A DNA stretch of 64,000 nucleotides, taken from positions 9,734,001 through 9,798,000 of the forward strand of contig CM060731.1 of the NCBI GenBank assembly GCA_030704615.1, given 5' to 3'. The translations under genes and the position numbers were made by a program. Below the pieces are notes generated by a model. It searched no databases. It saw nothing but the letters and a program-made list of their open reading frames with translations, and was not told where the DNA came from. Source of the stretch: Takakia lepidozioides (taxonomy: Eukaryota > Plantae > Bryophyta). Positions within the stretch are counted from its first letter, which is position 1; every line of letters starts with the position of its first letter. This document shows positions 13,161-25,440 of this stretch, one piece after another.

Positions 13161-14521
13161 GACTAAGCAACCGCAGCTTCACCACATACTTTCCATAGTC
13201 CCCTTTGTGACAAGGAGGCAGAAGGGGGTAGAAAATTCAACATTCACAGGAAATCAGCAGAAAATGCAATCCTTGTCATCAAATTCCTGGTCCTCGTAAG
13301 TGAGAAGGCCTGATTCCCTTCATCTTATCTTTCTCACTCAGTGTTTGGCAGCATAGGGGAACAGAGGGGAAACGTGGTGAAGCTGTTCTTTGAATTCCAA
13401 GTGGTGTGTACCATTAAGTATTGCATGAAACTTTTCAACACGAAGATAGGGAATTTGGATTTCGAGAACATGCAAAAAGGAAGTGATCTACCCAACCCAT
13501 CTTCGCAAAAGAGAGAATAGATGCATGTTGATGTGAAAAACAATCCCCAAAGCCCAATCCAGAAGCAAGCGACTATGTGAAGGAAATGCATTCTTAGATG
13601 TCGTGCGAAGTGACAGTTATTCCAAACCGCTTCGGGGCGGCTGCTCTGTTCATGTGACCGTTCACGATCCGTGAAGGGTTGCGTCCACCATGGTGTTGCT
13701 TGTTGGTGCGGGCCGGGAGCTTAGATGAGACAAGACACAGACAGAACGATGGCTGCAACACGGGACTTAATGGGGACGGTGGCCATTTAGAGTCGCAGGT
13801 GGTTTCAGGGATATGAATTGGTTGATTGGAGTTAGAGAAGGATCCTTGCAGACGGGTTGGGCGAAGGGATTTGATGGGGGAATCTGGGCCTCTGAGCGGG
13901 TTTACGTGGAGATTGACTGTCAGGAAAGGGCGTTTGAAGAGCAAAGGCATAGTCTTGATTAATTGGAAGTAGATGGCGTGCATAGCAGGCGCGAAGCCAT
14001 CGCTGAGCAACAACTGCAGTTATAAAGAGGTCTTGCAACGTCCTGAGGTTTACGTGAAGAATGCGACTAAGGCATCGGAGGTAAGAAACAATCAGAATAG
14101 TTCTCTGATAGAGAAGGTCCAAGGTGGGCGAGGTGTGATATTTGTCAATTTCAATAGCGTTGGTTCAATCCAAGAATTACCGACTGTTGAGCAACTATAA
14201 CCAGGAAACTGAGAAGCTGCAGCAGGCTCATGAGTTTTAAGGATAGAGACAGCCACTAAAGCTTCCAGCAGCTCAAAGTTTCTGGATAGAGGTACCAACA
14301 TTTTGAAGGTGTTCCGAACTTACACGGTTAGAGAAAAAAGGGGACGAAGCCTGAAGTAGTGATACAGAAATCTCTTGAGGTAGAGGGGAAATTGGGTTCT
14401 TAGAGGGGCGCCTGAGACCTAGCAAGCAAGTAAAAGACCATTGCAACAAGACTTGTCGATTCCTGAAAGTGGAACAGCCATCGCGATTAGTGGATTCTCC
14501 CTGAAGGCAGAAAAGGTAGCC

Positions 14522-17500
14522 ATGGATGATGCCCCAAGAGAACGAGGAAGACCGCCCAAACATCCAAAGCTTGGGAGCATTGCCGTTTCGCCCTTTCCCC
14601 AACGAAGCTACCGTGTTACTGCATCTTCGCCATCGGATGGAACTGCCCTCAACCCAAACAAAAAAGCTGCAGCCCTGGAGGGAGATGACAGTAACCTGTT
14701 GGATCGTGCAATTGGGACACGGCAGCGAAGCAGGCCCAAGAAACGGTCTTCGATGCCCAAAAAACTAGGCCCGGGAGGTAAGCCTGTCAAGAATAGCGGT
14801 TGCAGCACCAGCGACCGCGAGACAATTTTGAAGCTTGACTCTGAGGATGATGAGTTGTTGGCGGAGAGACCTCTGGACAAGCTTTCTATGCGGAGAGCCA
14901 AGGTGTCCTCTCAGGTGGAACTAAACATCCTTTTCAATATGGACCAAGAACGACAATTAAACTTATAACTGAATTTGTCAGTGACCTGGGGATCTAGAAT
15001 TCTAGAGCTGCAGAGATTCTTGTTTTTTAAGGAATTTTTCCTTTGTCTGATGCTCATGGGAGCACAAACCTCATCAAAGCCAAAAGTGTCAGTCTTATTT
15101 TCCCCCTAACCAGGCCAGTAAGTGTGGTGTGACCCACCAGCATATAATGTTAAGGTCTCGCAGAGTGGAGAATACCCCAGGTTTAGCTCCTAAAGTCACT
15201 GTTCCTATACCATTCACCTCCCAATCTTATCTTGCAGCACCTACTGTTTCTTTTGTTGCTTTACTCCACATATATGTTTTTTGAACTTAGTAGTCGGTAC
15301 TATTACACTGCAGGCAGTTGCAATGTTGTTCTCAGCACCCATGGAGTCACCCAGGGGGCTCATCACTTCATTTGATGCTGGAGCGGTGGGAGTGGAGGAT
15401 GTGAAGGATGCGCCCTTTATGGATGCTGTTGTGAAAGTATTTTGCGTGCATACAGAGCCCAATTTTTCACTGCCATGGCAGCGTAAGCGCCAATTCAGCT
15501 CTAACAGCAGTGGTTTCATTGTTAACAACCGCCGCGTCCTCACCAATGCACACTCTGTTGAGCATCACACACAGGTCAAGGTCAAAAAGCGCGGCTCGGA
15601 CACTAAGTACTTGGCCACTGTTCTTGCAATTGGCACTGAATGTGATATTGGTACAAAGTTCGTGCCAACCTTTCTTGTTATCCATCAGTGTGTGTGTGAC
15701 AGAAGGAGCACCTCTATGTGTTGTGATAATTTTCATTCAAAGAAGATGGTTTGGAGAAGCACAGTGAGTTTGTACATACAACTTAAAGAATGAAAGCAAG
15801 GATATCTTGCTAGTGAAGATTGGGTAGGAGTTCCAAAAGTCAAACATGAGAGAGACACAAGGGACAGAAACCATTGCAGATGAGATTGAATGGATTACTG
15901 TTTGGGTCTTGGCTGGGTGCAGCAATGCTGACTGTGAGCAGCGATGAGTTTTGGGAGGATGTGACACCTGTTGAGTTTGGGGCGCTGCCGCGCCTACAAG
16001 ATGCAGTGACTGTTGTTGGCTACCCCATTGGTGGCGACACCATCTCTGTCACGAGTGGTGTAGTTTCACGCATTGAAGTGACCTCCTATGTTCATGGAGC
16101 CACAGAGCTCCTGGGAGTGCAGGTAATCTTTTTCATACTTCCTTGTGTGAGTTTAGCTCTCCTGTAGCTCTTTAAGGTAGTCTCTCAGTCATTGTAGCAC
16201 CAGCGGATCATTAAATCTGTACATCTTCAACCTTGGTGGAGAGAGAGGTTTCATTGGATTATTTATCTGTTTGGCACAGACAGATTTGCATGTGATGTCA
16301 AGAATTTTGGATTCTTGTATCCCCATTTTTAGTTGAGAGCTATTTGATTTCTAGTTAGTGGTTGGTCCGCTGAATTTGCCCATGATCTGTCAAGAGTTTG
16401 GGAGAAAAGCTGGGTCTCTGGGACTGGAAAGATGAATGGTAGCTATGATGGGGTGGTGTTGTGTCAGATTGATGCGGCCATCAATGCAGGCAATTCAGGC
16501 GGGCCCGCCTTCAATGGTGGAGGTGAGTGCGTGGGCATTGCCTTTCAGTCTCTGAAACATGAAGATGCTGAGAACATTGGCTATGTTATCCCTACTCCTG
16601 TCATCACGCACTTCATTTCTGATTATGCCCGTAATGGAGACTACACAGGTTCTTTCCTAGTTGCCCTCCACTATATGTTCTGACAGTTGAGTATTTCGAA
16701 ATCTTTGGCACAGGTAGTAGGTGTAAATCTAGCAAGCTCATGTAAGTCTTTTCCCTTGCAAGCACTGTGATTGTGGGTAAGGGGGTGGTTGCTGAGACTC
16801 TTAGGAAGCTTGGATAGGAGGTCTTCATGTGCTTGATGGGAATAACTTTGATAAGGGGATGAGCCACATATCTGACCCAAATTGCAAGTATGTAACATTC
16901 CCCCAGGGTTTCCGATCTTGGGCATTGAGTGGCAAAAGATGGAAAACCCTGACTTGAGGAGCGCATTGGGCATGAAGAGCAGTCAGAAGGGTGTACGTAT
17001 CCGCCGTGTGGAACCCACCGCCCCCTCAGCCAAGAATCTGCATACATCTGACATACTCTTGAGTTTTGATGACATTGACATAGCCAATGATGGCACTGGT
17101 ACACCAATGCACCTTTAACTATTCTTCTGACTATCATCCTATCACACTAGGTTACCAGAACCATTAATTCCAGGTTTCTCTCAGAAAGGAGACGTTGTAC
17201 ATATCAGCCTTGTGTTCACCTCTTACTGCTGGCCCACTATATTGTAACCATGCATAATACTCTGAGAGTGCTGCAGGTCAACTGCTGCTGAAGTTACCAT
17301 TACATCCTTAGCGCCTCTGCTTCAGTGAAGCTACCTTTGTTCATCTACCTTAGTAAATTACATCATGTAAATACTATCCTGAAGCAAGTCATGTTGGCAA
17401 TCATCTATCAGTCATCCACACTGTCACTGTTGTTTGTGAATGCAGTCCCATTCAGGCATGGAGAACGGATTGGGTTTAGCTATCTTGTATCACAAAAGTA

Positions 17501-19419
17501 TGCAGGGGAGAGTGCAAGAGTAAGAATACTGAGGGACTGTAAAATCAAGGAATTCGATGTACATCTGGCCAATCATAAGCGCATTGTGCCAGCACACATA
17601 AAGGGAAAACCACCGTCCTACTACATAATTGCAGGCATCGTGTTTTCAGCTGTCTCGGTGCCCTATCTCCGATCAGAGGTGAGTGTTTAGGGCCTTTGTT
17701 GTCCTTAGATGTGGAACTGCAAAACGTAGTGACCATCATTTATTGTTTAGTGATCTGGCACTTTTTTCTCAGATCTGCTCTGGAGGATGTCTTCTTCCAG
17801 TTTCTCGACGTATTACATATAAGAGTGATATGGTGCCGCATTTTTGGGGGATGGGAAAAGCTGATTCTGGTAACCATTAGAGACAATCTCTTGTTATAGC
17901 TTGGTTGGCAGCCTGGTGGGGAAAGTTCTATGGATCCACCTGCTTCTGCATTTAAAGTGGTGGGACTGCTGCTTTGATCATTCAGCCTTAGTGCGAAAGC
18001 CTCGACGTTACATCAGTCCTGCTATACCTCACCGGCTTTTATGTTGTAGAGGCATTTTTCGGGAATGGGTGCTGGCTACTACATTTTGGGGCTTTGCTGA
18101 TGGTGGAGTTATGTGGGCAGTATGGTAAGGACTATGATTATGATGCACCAGTGAAGCTGCTGGACAAGCTGCTGCATGCCATGTCTCAATCTGAAGATGA
18201 ACAGCTGGTCGTTGTCTCTCAGGTATGTCCTTGGCCTCCTCAGATTGTCCATGTTCCAAAGACTGTTATGAGTATACTAGCTTTGTAGTGGACCCTTAGA
18301 TTTTATCGGGCACACACTTGACTTATTAAATTTGTGATCCTTACTTTGGAAGGTAAGGCAGGGGTCGTAGCTGCAACCCAAAACCCTGGACCTTGCTACT
18401 TACGGAGTCCTTTTTTCTTCAGCACATGCTTAATATGGATAATGTCAGTCTTCTCCTCACAGAAAACTGCATAGCACTTTCTCACATGACACCCCAGACA
18501 TTACCTGGCAAAATTATTAGATCCAAGAAGGAACTTATTACTAACTCTTGCATGATGTGGCTGTAAATTGGTTTATCCATCCAGTCAACTTGGGATTATG
18601 GAAGGAGCCACAAGCAAGGAAATGGCTGCAGTCAAGGCTTTGCTACATGCAAAGGATGAATCATAGTTTCTGGTGGCCTGCACTTGGATTAAGCTAGAGA
18701 CTTTGAATACTAGTGCAATCAGAAAGACTTCTTGACAGCACAAAGTTGGAATCTTTGCAGGTGTTGGTGGCAGACATCAACATAGGTTATGAAGACATTG
18801 TCAACACTCAGGTAGACATTCTTTGTTACACTTGTGGAAACCTTGCTGTCTATAGCTTCTGTGCATGTGACCCCTCCCCTTGCCTGTCCTCTCCTGTCAT
18901 CCTCAAGGATTGAAAATTGTCTGGTGCAGATAATATCATTCAATGGCACATCAGTAAGGAATCTACAGCATTTGGCAAACATGGTGGAGGCTTGTACCGA
19001 TCCATTTCTTCGGTTTGACCTCGAGTACCAGCAGGTTCGCATATTTTAGACTCTGACCACTTAACAATCCTAAAAACAAATAGAGCAGGATGGTCTAACA
19101 ACAGAACTTCTTCTTTTTCCTCATTTTTATGGTTGTGCTTCATGGATCAGCAGCACCCATACTATACAATTCGATGATTCTACCGGCAAATTTCAACAGT
19201 GTTTAAAGTTTTTCCTTCTCTGAGAATTCCGACTCATCACACCCTCGAATGTAGTTTCTCTGAAAAGGCACGTCTAAGCAATGCAATCCTGAGACAGTGG
19301 CTGGGTTTGGGTTTTTGCAGCTTGTTGTGTTGGAGACGGCTAGAGCCAAAGCTGCCACCCCAGACATTCTTTCTACGCATTGTATACCTTCAGCTATGTC
19401 TGATGACTTGAGAAGCTAG
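14522..19419 (+). CDS. DEG9: Protease Do-like 9 (nuclear Deg/HtrA serine protease with PDZ domains)
   Basis: Basic N-terminus; [50 protein letters not shown]-terminal [11 protein letters not shown]. Ten exons ~14522-14902/14914, 15314-15650, 15922-16122, 16468-16648, 16908-17098, 17446-17678, 18121-18222, 18761-18811, 18930-19034, 19321-19419. Confidence 0.95.
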
Positions 19420-20111
19420 CCCTTTTCTTATAGAGGTAGCATTTACTTTCGATATATATAAAATTGATGAGCAAAAAATTGCACATAGGAAGCTGTCAAG
19501 TGTTTTGTACTGCACCATGGGCTATTTGTTTGAGCCTTGCAGCATTGCAATTACTGACAGATTATTCACCAGATCATACTGGTTTGTAGAAGATGGAACC
19601 AACTATGACATCCTCAGCAGAGAATTTGCTCCACAAGAAGAGAGAGAGCAGCACCTGGATGATCAGAAGTTAGTTCACCATGCGGTCCTGGCATGTTGAA
19701 ATCTCGTGCTTAAACTGACAACAGTACTGTACTAGAAAGCAATTCAACACCGATGCATTCATTACGTATTTTCTGTTTGCTCAACAAAAGGCAGCAGTAG
19801 ATTTGTTGTCTGTGAGACACAATAGGTTGCTTCTCTTGCAAATGAAACTGACCGCTGCATCACAATTACGGCAAGCCCAGTGCTGGAGATTGATATTAAT
19901 GCTTTTCGTAACAATGTAGCTGCTCCAGAGATTTTGAGCTCTAGTTTTCGTAGCACTGGACTGGTGATGTCCATTCCGAGCATTCTACCGATACCCACCT
20001 ACGACATGAAGGCTCCCAATGAGGAGCCGGTCTTGTTAGAAATGCTTTGCACAATCCATATTGAGTGCGAGACCCAGTGAGATGCTCATGCATCCCACCA
20101 CGGCAGGCCAT

Positions 20112-22131
20112 CCTCGGATAGTGCCGGGGATGCCCGGGCAAAAACTGCCCGCCCTGCCACGTATTCCGCGCCACGTTGGCGCACCTATACACTCTCCCAT
20201 ATTTGTGTCAAAAGAATAACTTATGGCTAAACCAGATTGAGCCATATCCTTTGTAGACAGGTATGGCAAAGTATAGAACATTACTCCCATATATCATTTT
20301 AGGAAAATATGGAAGTGTTTCTTCTCTTTTTATTTGGGGAAATGTACTTTTAATATAAGTGGATGGTTGGGTTTAAAAATTAAGAGTATGGTGTCATATA
20401 TTATTTGCAAAAATAATGACAAAATATATAATAATTAAAATATGGATGGATTGCACTACATTCATCCATTTTAAAATATCATTCATACATGTTATTGGCA
20501 TGAACTTGATACATATTTACCCTAACCCTAAGAGAACCTTCATTTGTCTTTGTGTCTTCTTCTTGACCTTGATGATTTGAACTGTTCTACAAACATAAAA
20601 GATGCACAATTCTTAAAAGGCTCACACAAAATTATCAACACGAAACCGTTGCACCGCCCACACAACAAACTTGCCACGCACAGAACAACCTCGCCCGCGC
20701 GAAAGCCTGCGCAGTGATAAAACAGAATGAAATAACCAGAGTCGAGAGAAGCAAGAATTCATTCACAATTTGCTTTGACACATTTGTCGAACATTATCAT
20801 CTCATAGTTACATTCTCACTTAACATACTTAGACTAACAAGTTATTTACATCATAGAGTCCCGCTTAATATACATGTAGGTGAATGTGGGGTTTAGGGAT
20901 GTAGGGTTTAAGATCTGAATATGGAGGATGACAACGACTTTTCAAATGAGGCATTCATTTATCCCTCTGACTTTGAGGAGGAATGGGAATGTATAGCAAG
21001 CTTGGAGGAGATCTTTGGAGGAGCTCATGTAAGCGGTGAGTCTGTTTCAACTCCTTCTTTTGAAGGAGCATATTTTTATCATTCCGATTTTGAGTCAGAT
21101 ATTGATGACAAGGTGAAAGTGAAATATTTGACTTTGATGATCATAAGGAAAGAAATGGATTTTCTAATATGCTCAACGACGATATGGAGCATGGTAATAC
21201 CAAAAAGCGCATTGTTATTGAAGATGGTGATAGACACGAAGCTTGGCCGCAAGCTAAACGCCCATCACATGTAATGCTCTCACGGTCAAAACAAAATAGA
21301 GTGATTTTTTCGAAAGTACCTAAAGTGAAATGTGACGTGTGTTTTACAAGTACACATGTTGAAAAAGATGATATCACCCTGTCATGTCGGAATTGTGACC
21401 ATACTTTGCTAGTGAAATAAAATATTCATGCATTGTTGACCGGATTCACTTTTGTTTTGTTTTCAAATAATCTCTAACTTAGTTATGAGGAGACATTGTG
21501 TTTTATGATAAAACATTGTGTAATATATGACATATTCTTGTACATTGTTACAACAATGTATATTCAACATAAGCTATACACTTACACAAATGTGTATCCA
21601 TTATGAACTTATAGAAGTATACTAAATATCCACTAAACTGTGTCATATACTTTTATGATATATGTATGGAATATTGACATTCAAGGTAACATTAACCCCA
21701 TATGTTTGAGTATGTATGAAGTATGAGATGGAGTATGGGATTCCTATAGTATAGTTTTGGATATCTTATCTCAAAAGTGGATGGCTAAATCCGCCTCAGC
21801 CATCCACTATTGAGGCAGTGTATGCCTCACAAGTCACAAGATACGACGTCATGTGGCACGGGAAGGCGGGCTTTGGGAGGGCGACGTGGCGGATAGGGAG
21901 GTGAGGACGTTGCAAGGCGTGGGCCTGGGCGTGAGCGAGGAAGGCTGGGGCAGGGGGTCCCATAGCCAGGCTTGTGCTTGTGTGGCGCTGGGGAGCAGGG
22001 AGTCAACGGGGAGGAGGGTGAGGGCTATGAGGGCTATGCGCCAACGTGGTGCGGAGTACGTGGCAGGGCAGGCAGTTTTTGCCCAGGCATCCCGGCACTA
22101 TCCCTCTAGTGTCTGGGACATAGTACTGAGG
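20112..22131. mobile_element. Non-autonomous Mutator-like (MULE) element
   Basis: ~68-bp near-perfect inverted repeats (20116-20183 / 22037-22103); termini CCTC.../...GAGG; 9-bp TSD GCAGGCCAT (20103-20111) / GCCGGCCAT (22132-22140); AT-rich interior with no transposase. Confidence 0.8.
20921..21420 (+). pseudogene. Frameshifted acidic ORF ending in a C4 zinc ribbon, inside the MULE
   Basis: MEDDNDFSNE... joins ...QGESEIFDFDD...CDVCFTSTHVEKDDITLSCRNCDHTLLVK* with one frameshift near 21110. Confidence 0.55.
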
Positions 22132-22776
22132 GCCGGCCATGCAAACAAATGATATTTGTTGGCAGCTGGACTGAGGTGATGAACACCAGCTCGATTGCCA
22201 ACCATCTCTGGATTAGCACAGACGAAACGAGATTCAAACATCAAATGAAAGGCGCAATAGAATCGAAAACCTGAAAGAAGAAAGCAGTTGGCCTGAACTG
22301 GCCATAGATTTTTAACGAGGAATACCAAACACGACTAATAGTCAAATTTCTTATCCACGGGAGAAATTTGCCGTTCCTTCCACCTTCTATCGTTCTATAA
22401 GAATCTATCAGATTATAACGAAACTAAAAGGGTTTAGCAACATACCTAGAGTTTAAAAATGCGCTTGAAATGCTCGTAATGAGTAGGACTTGACACTCAT
22501 GATATAATTTCCTCTTTTAGTCTGGGTGTCGAACAAAGAATTCCCTAGCAGCCTCGACGTTGATATCTAGTTCCCGAACAGTCTCACGGCGAACAGAAGA
22601 ATTCATTCTATTGATAATACTATCTGCAATCCCAACAAACTGTTTAGGAGCAAAATTCCACAAATCCGCAAGTTCTCTAATACGAGAATCTTCATGACGA
22701 TACACTAAACCGCCACCTACTTCCTTCCAAAGCTTGACATGCCATTGGTTGGCTTGCACATTTGCAAATAGTGAAT

Positions 22777-23817
22777 TGTGGTGGTTTTGGGTTTAATAAT
22801 GGGTGGCTCCAAGGGAAGTCTACAATATGGTTCTGGGGGTTCATTCATATATTAAGTCAAGCTAAGTGCACCCACACCATAGGGAATCCACACTATGGCG
22901 CCATAGCTAGACGCGGTGAGGCTCAACTCGAGAAAGATAAGCCCACCGCGATCTGTCGTGAAGATAACAACGTCAGGTGCCCAAACATGTATTGGCCCCT
23001 AGATTGACACTTGGGTCAATCCCAAATGTCAATATATAAAAACTAGCTATTTCCTAGCTAACTTCATACTAGTGGTAACATAACTTGACAGCTGTCGTGC
23101 GCATACATATCGCTACACAACTATATGTCCAAAACCACACAATACATGTACACACCAAACACTAGTCTATCACTACTCCATCACTAGTGCACCACTAGTC
23201 ACCACTAGGCTGTCATTAACCACCACTAGTGCAGCCACTAATCCACCACTAGGCTGCCACTAGCCACCACTAGTGCAGCCACTAGTCCACCACTAGGCTG
23301 CCACTAGCCACCACTAGTGCAGCCACTAGTGCATCACAAATCGCCCCCCTAGCTGGCGCTTAGGTCCTTCTAAGTCCAAGTAGCCACAAAATATGATAGT
23401 GGCCAAACCCTCACTAAGTCCTCCACCACTGTCCCTACTACACTCAAACTCAATAGATCAAGAGGCCGGGTACAAGAGTTGCCCCATCGTTAGTCGTCGT
23501 CTTACAACTTGTGAACTTGAGCCTGAGATCTCGGGTATTGATTCATATGAGCTTGGCCTCCCATGTCTTGTTAGCTGCCACTAGTCATATCCACTGCCAC
23601 TATCCCAAGCAGTATGGACATAACCAATCTCCATCAGGAACCCTCTCAAGAGGTGGTGTCAAGCATCCCATGTGCCAACCTCTTGAGCATCGATCACACA
23701 CCAGCATAGTGGCGGCACCACAAGCATGCCCACATAGCATGCAACGCAACCCTGCAGGTACCACTACAAGGTTGGGATCTATCCTCCCATCCACATGTGG
23801 AAGATGACATGGCGCAT
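22777..23817 (-). mobile_element. LTR-retrotransposon 3' remnant: PHD finger, PPT and putative 3' LTR (22777-23338)
   Basis: APCHLP...CMLC...CDRC...HMGC...WLCPYC PHD at 23600-23817; purine tract AGGGGGGCGATT directly before TGTGATG; putative LTR ends ...ACCACA and contains a TATA-like element. Confidence 0.7.
23180..23335. repeat. ~44-bp minisatellite, ~3.5 copies
   Basis: Unit CCACCACTAGTGCAGCCACTAGTCCACCACTAGGCTGCCACTAG, built from CCACTAG subunits. Confidence 0.9.
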
Positions 23818-23869
23818 TTTAGAAAAAAAAGACACATCAGAAATACCTCTCTATACATACTTTACACGT

Positions 23870-25440
23870 GAAACAGATGATCTATGCATTAAGATCCTTA
23901 CTACCAAAAAAGCCCCAAGACCAGATGAGATATCCAACTTTGTCTTAAAACATATGCTCCATTAATTACATGACCTCCTTTATCTCATCTTCCTCCATTG
24001 TTATAAACAAAAAGAAATCCCACAAACATAGAAAACTAGCATCACCACACTACTATACAAAAAAGGTGATTCCACTGAATTATCAAACCACCGCCCAGTA
24101 ACCTTAGCAAACACCATCTACAAACTCTTCATTAGCATACTCACATTCACACCACGTATGACGAACGACATCAAATACTACACAATAGCCATGATGGATT
24201 TAGACCCGAACACCAGACAATTACAATTCCTACTAACTGCATTAGAAGATGCAAAACTAACAAATCAAGGCATATACATACTCTACATAGACTTCAAAAA
24301 GGCATTTGGATCAATAGACCATGCTAGACTCTTAGCAGTAATGACAGAATTGGGTGTTCCAAATGATGTTGTCCACCTAATTGGCAATATATATTCAAAC
24401 TCAATAACTAGATTCTTTGGAGAGCACTTTGGAACAACAAAACCCATATTAATACAACGAGGTACCATACAAGGAGACACCCTAAGTCCATATTTTTTTT
24501 TATCTTATTTATAGAACCATTGTTTAGATGGATGCAACAGAACCAAAATGGATGCACATTCAAGACATCAAACACCCACGAAAGCTCAGTAGCATACGTT
24601 GATGATCTAGCAACCATCAGTAACAACATAAAATTCCTCCAACCACAACTAAACAAAATACAAAAATTCAACGAATGGGCCGACATGGATCTTAGTATCC
24701 TAAATGTGCAATTACGAGATGCCCTAACAAATCACATCTCACCCCTAGTGCCTTCAAAGCCTTATCCAAATACACAACATTGCACACCTAAAAGAATCAA
24801 TCCTCATCCTACACCAAAATGAACCATATATATACATTGGCTCATAAGTCATACCTTCGCTCAAATGGAACCTTCAAAGACACTTCTCAACCAAAAAACT
24901 CAGAAAACAAAGCTCACAACTTATGAATAAATAGGAAAATCAAAATCATGGGTAGAATACAACATTAATGGAGTATTGTAATCCATGCAAGATATCCAAA
25001 TATTAGATAGACATATCATATCTCTCACCAAAATAATATGTGGCCTTTCTCAAAGCACCCTAAACTTCATTATTTGCTCCATATACTAGGTGGAACAAAT
25101 GGTCTTTCCTTCAAAAAAGCTTACCTCAAATGCATAGGAAAAAACTTAAATGACACTAGAAGGCTTGGTATCATATATCGTGGACTAACCAAATATATAA
25201 TAGCCAAACAAGGGAGAGCAGCCAAACTACCCCGCATCACTCGCACATTTGCACTACTTCATGATAATGAGATGCGCTACCGTAGTTTTGAGAAAGAATT
25301 TCCAATAGATGTCACCCTTCTTGAAAACCTCTAGAACAAACACAAGGATCAACTCTCCACCAACCAAAGACACAATCAACAAAAACCCTTAAACTTTTTT
25401 CCGTCAACATACATGACCTCATCCAACTCACTCACTCAAA
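23870..25440 (+). mobile_element. Decayed AT-rich LINE reverse transcriptase (second family)
   Basis: YIDFKKAFGSIDH, RGTIQGDTLSP and AYVDDL RT motifs, with stops and frameshifts. Confidence 0.85.

Noticed and set aside
19635-19655. miR529-like AGAAGAGAGAGAGCA
   Set aside because: Low-complexity match in the DEG9 3' region with no complementary arm.
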